This document shows, in pieces, positions 62,640 through 64,000 of a stretch of 64,000 nucleotides of DNA. Numbering within the stretch: position 1 is the stretch's first letter; every line of letters begins with the position of its first letter. A program made the position numbers and the translations under genes. The notes below the pieces were generated by a model. It had not been told where the DNA came from, searched no databases, and was given only the letters and a program-made list of their open reading frames with translations. The DNA comes from Phyllosticta citribraziliensis. Its lineage: Eukaryota. The stretch spans positions 1,178,001 through 1,242,000 of the forward strand of contig NW_027117342.1 of the NCBI RefSeq assembly GCF_038025025.1. The letters run 5' to 3'.

Positions 62640-64000
62640 CTAATCTTCGTCGTTCGTAAGCGCAACCTTGACGCCGTTTGCGGAGCTCAGGCTGATCGTG
62701 ACCATTTCGGTCCAGGGAAGCGCATCCCTGGGCTGCAGGCGCGCAAACTCCTGCACCAGGCGAATTAAGACGTACGACGCCTCCGTAAGCGCATATTGCT
62801 GGCCCAGACATATCCGGGGCCCGCCGTTGAAGGGGAGGTAATCCTGTGCGGTGGCCAAGGCGGGTCAGCTATAATGCACCAACGACTGACGAGTTGAGGG
62901 GTGGTTTGTTCCGTTTGTGATGGGTGGAGTGGAAAGTATGGGGGAGCAAGAGGCAGAATGTCCTGGTGACTTACCCATGCGTGTCGTCGTCCCTCCCAGC
63001 GCCCCGGTCGAAACTCTTCGGCATCCTCGCCCCACAGATCTTTCCGACGGTGCATGGCGTAGACGGCGTAGCTCACTGTGCAGCCCTTTGGCACTAATAG
63101 GGGTTCATCTCCGTTGAGACCGCCGCCGCGCGGGAGCACCGTGTCGCGCACTGCCAGGCGCGTGTTGGTAGGGATGGGCGGCCATAAACGTAAGGCTGAT
63201 TGATCGTCAGTGGATCCTTCTCGCCACAGCTTGCGAGCGGCTTTGCTCGATTTGTCGTTGCTCACTCACCTTCTTGCAGGCAATACTTGACATGCTTCAT
63301 GCTGCGGAGCTGCTCATACGATGGCGGTTTCCCTGCGAGGGAGCTCGTCTCCTCGCGTAACTTTTGCCAATCATCGGGACTTCTAGCCAACGCAAAGAAC
63401 AGGTTGCTCAGGAGGCCGGCCGTCGTATCTCTTCCAGCGATGAGGACGTTGAGTAGTTCATCCCGGATCTTGGCCTTGTCGTCTGTTGCCTGGGCCAACA
63501 TCTTGAGGAAAAAGTTTCGAGGGGCACCTTCTTCGACCTCTTCCGGATCTTTCAGATGTGGACTCTGCTTGAGTGCGACGGCTTGTTCGACAAACCTCCC
63601 AACGTAGTCCCGGCAGATCTTGTAGGCATTCTGCGCTTTGGGGTTTCTCCTGAAGCCCCTCAGGGGCCCAAGGCGGAATTGAATGGCGATTTCGCCCAGG
63701 GCGTAGTCAAAGGCGTCTTCGAAGGTGCGATCGAACTCGCTGTTCTCGCTCAAGCTGTGCACCGAATGTCCAAACAAGAAGTGAGTCGCCGAGTCAAGCG
63801 TGAAGCGGAAAAAGAGCTTTTGCAAATCGACGGTTGAGCCGTCCCGCGGTATCAGTCTCAGGAGGTCTCGCATGTGGTGCTCAAACGTTTGAATGTCTGC
63901 GACCTGATCTTTGCAAAAGTTTGGCCGCAAAAGACTGCGCGAGTGGCTCCATTCTTGTCCATCAAGTGTGAATATTCCGTTTCCAAGCATAGGCCCCATG
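62640..64000 (-). CDS. Cytochrome P450, CYP52-clan-like; 5' part lies beyond the window
   Basis: [23 protein letters not shown]-helix AGRDTTA, ExxR (QEALRL across an intron), DTVLPRGGG, heme motif [14 protein letters not shown]. Confidence 0.93.

Noticed and set aside
62995..63020. P450 PER(W) motif reads PGRW
   Set aside because: The structural Arg is retained and the middle residue is variable; not evidence of inactivation.
1..64000. tRNA, rRNA, riboswitch, intact transposon or RIP-like AT-rich block
   Set aside because: None recognised by eye; tRNAscan-SE, Infernal and RepeatMasker would be needed to exclude them formally.

Overview
Eukaryotic DNA from a filamentous ascomycete (Pezizomycotina-like): intron-containing genes with short GT-AG introns, CTRAY branch points and SSR-rich intergenic DNA. 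About 21 protein-coding genes can be modelled by eye. Left end (0.3-11.7 kb): a compact candidate catabolic/detox cluster of cupin, C2H2+Zn2Cys6 transcription factor, MFS transporter, FAD-linked oxidase and SDR. Next come an AA9 LPMO, a ~5 kb gene-poor gap and an SNG1-like membrane protein. The core housekeeping block holds ProRS, CCT1, a Bud3-like RhoGEF, DCC1, DOHH, RPA12 and SCC2, interrupted by a divergent pair of a Zn2Cys6 TF and an atypical hexokinase. Right end: GH47 mannosidase, a MetE-core-like enzyme with an unusual basic repeat tail, SDR, monocarboxylate-type MFS and a 5'-truncated CYP52-like P450. No rRNA, tRNA, CRISPR array or intact transposon was recognised. Best leads: the repeat-tailed MetE-like protein, the TF/atypical-kinase pair (including an apparent CT instead of GT splice donor in the TF), a possible non-AUG mitochondrial isoform of ProRS, and shared CGG motifs across the left-end cluster. 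Exon boundaries and family calls are manual and were not verified by database search.
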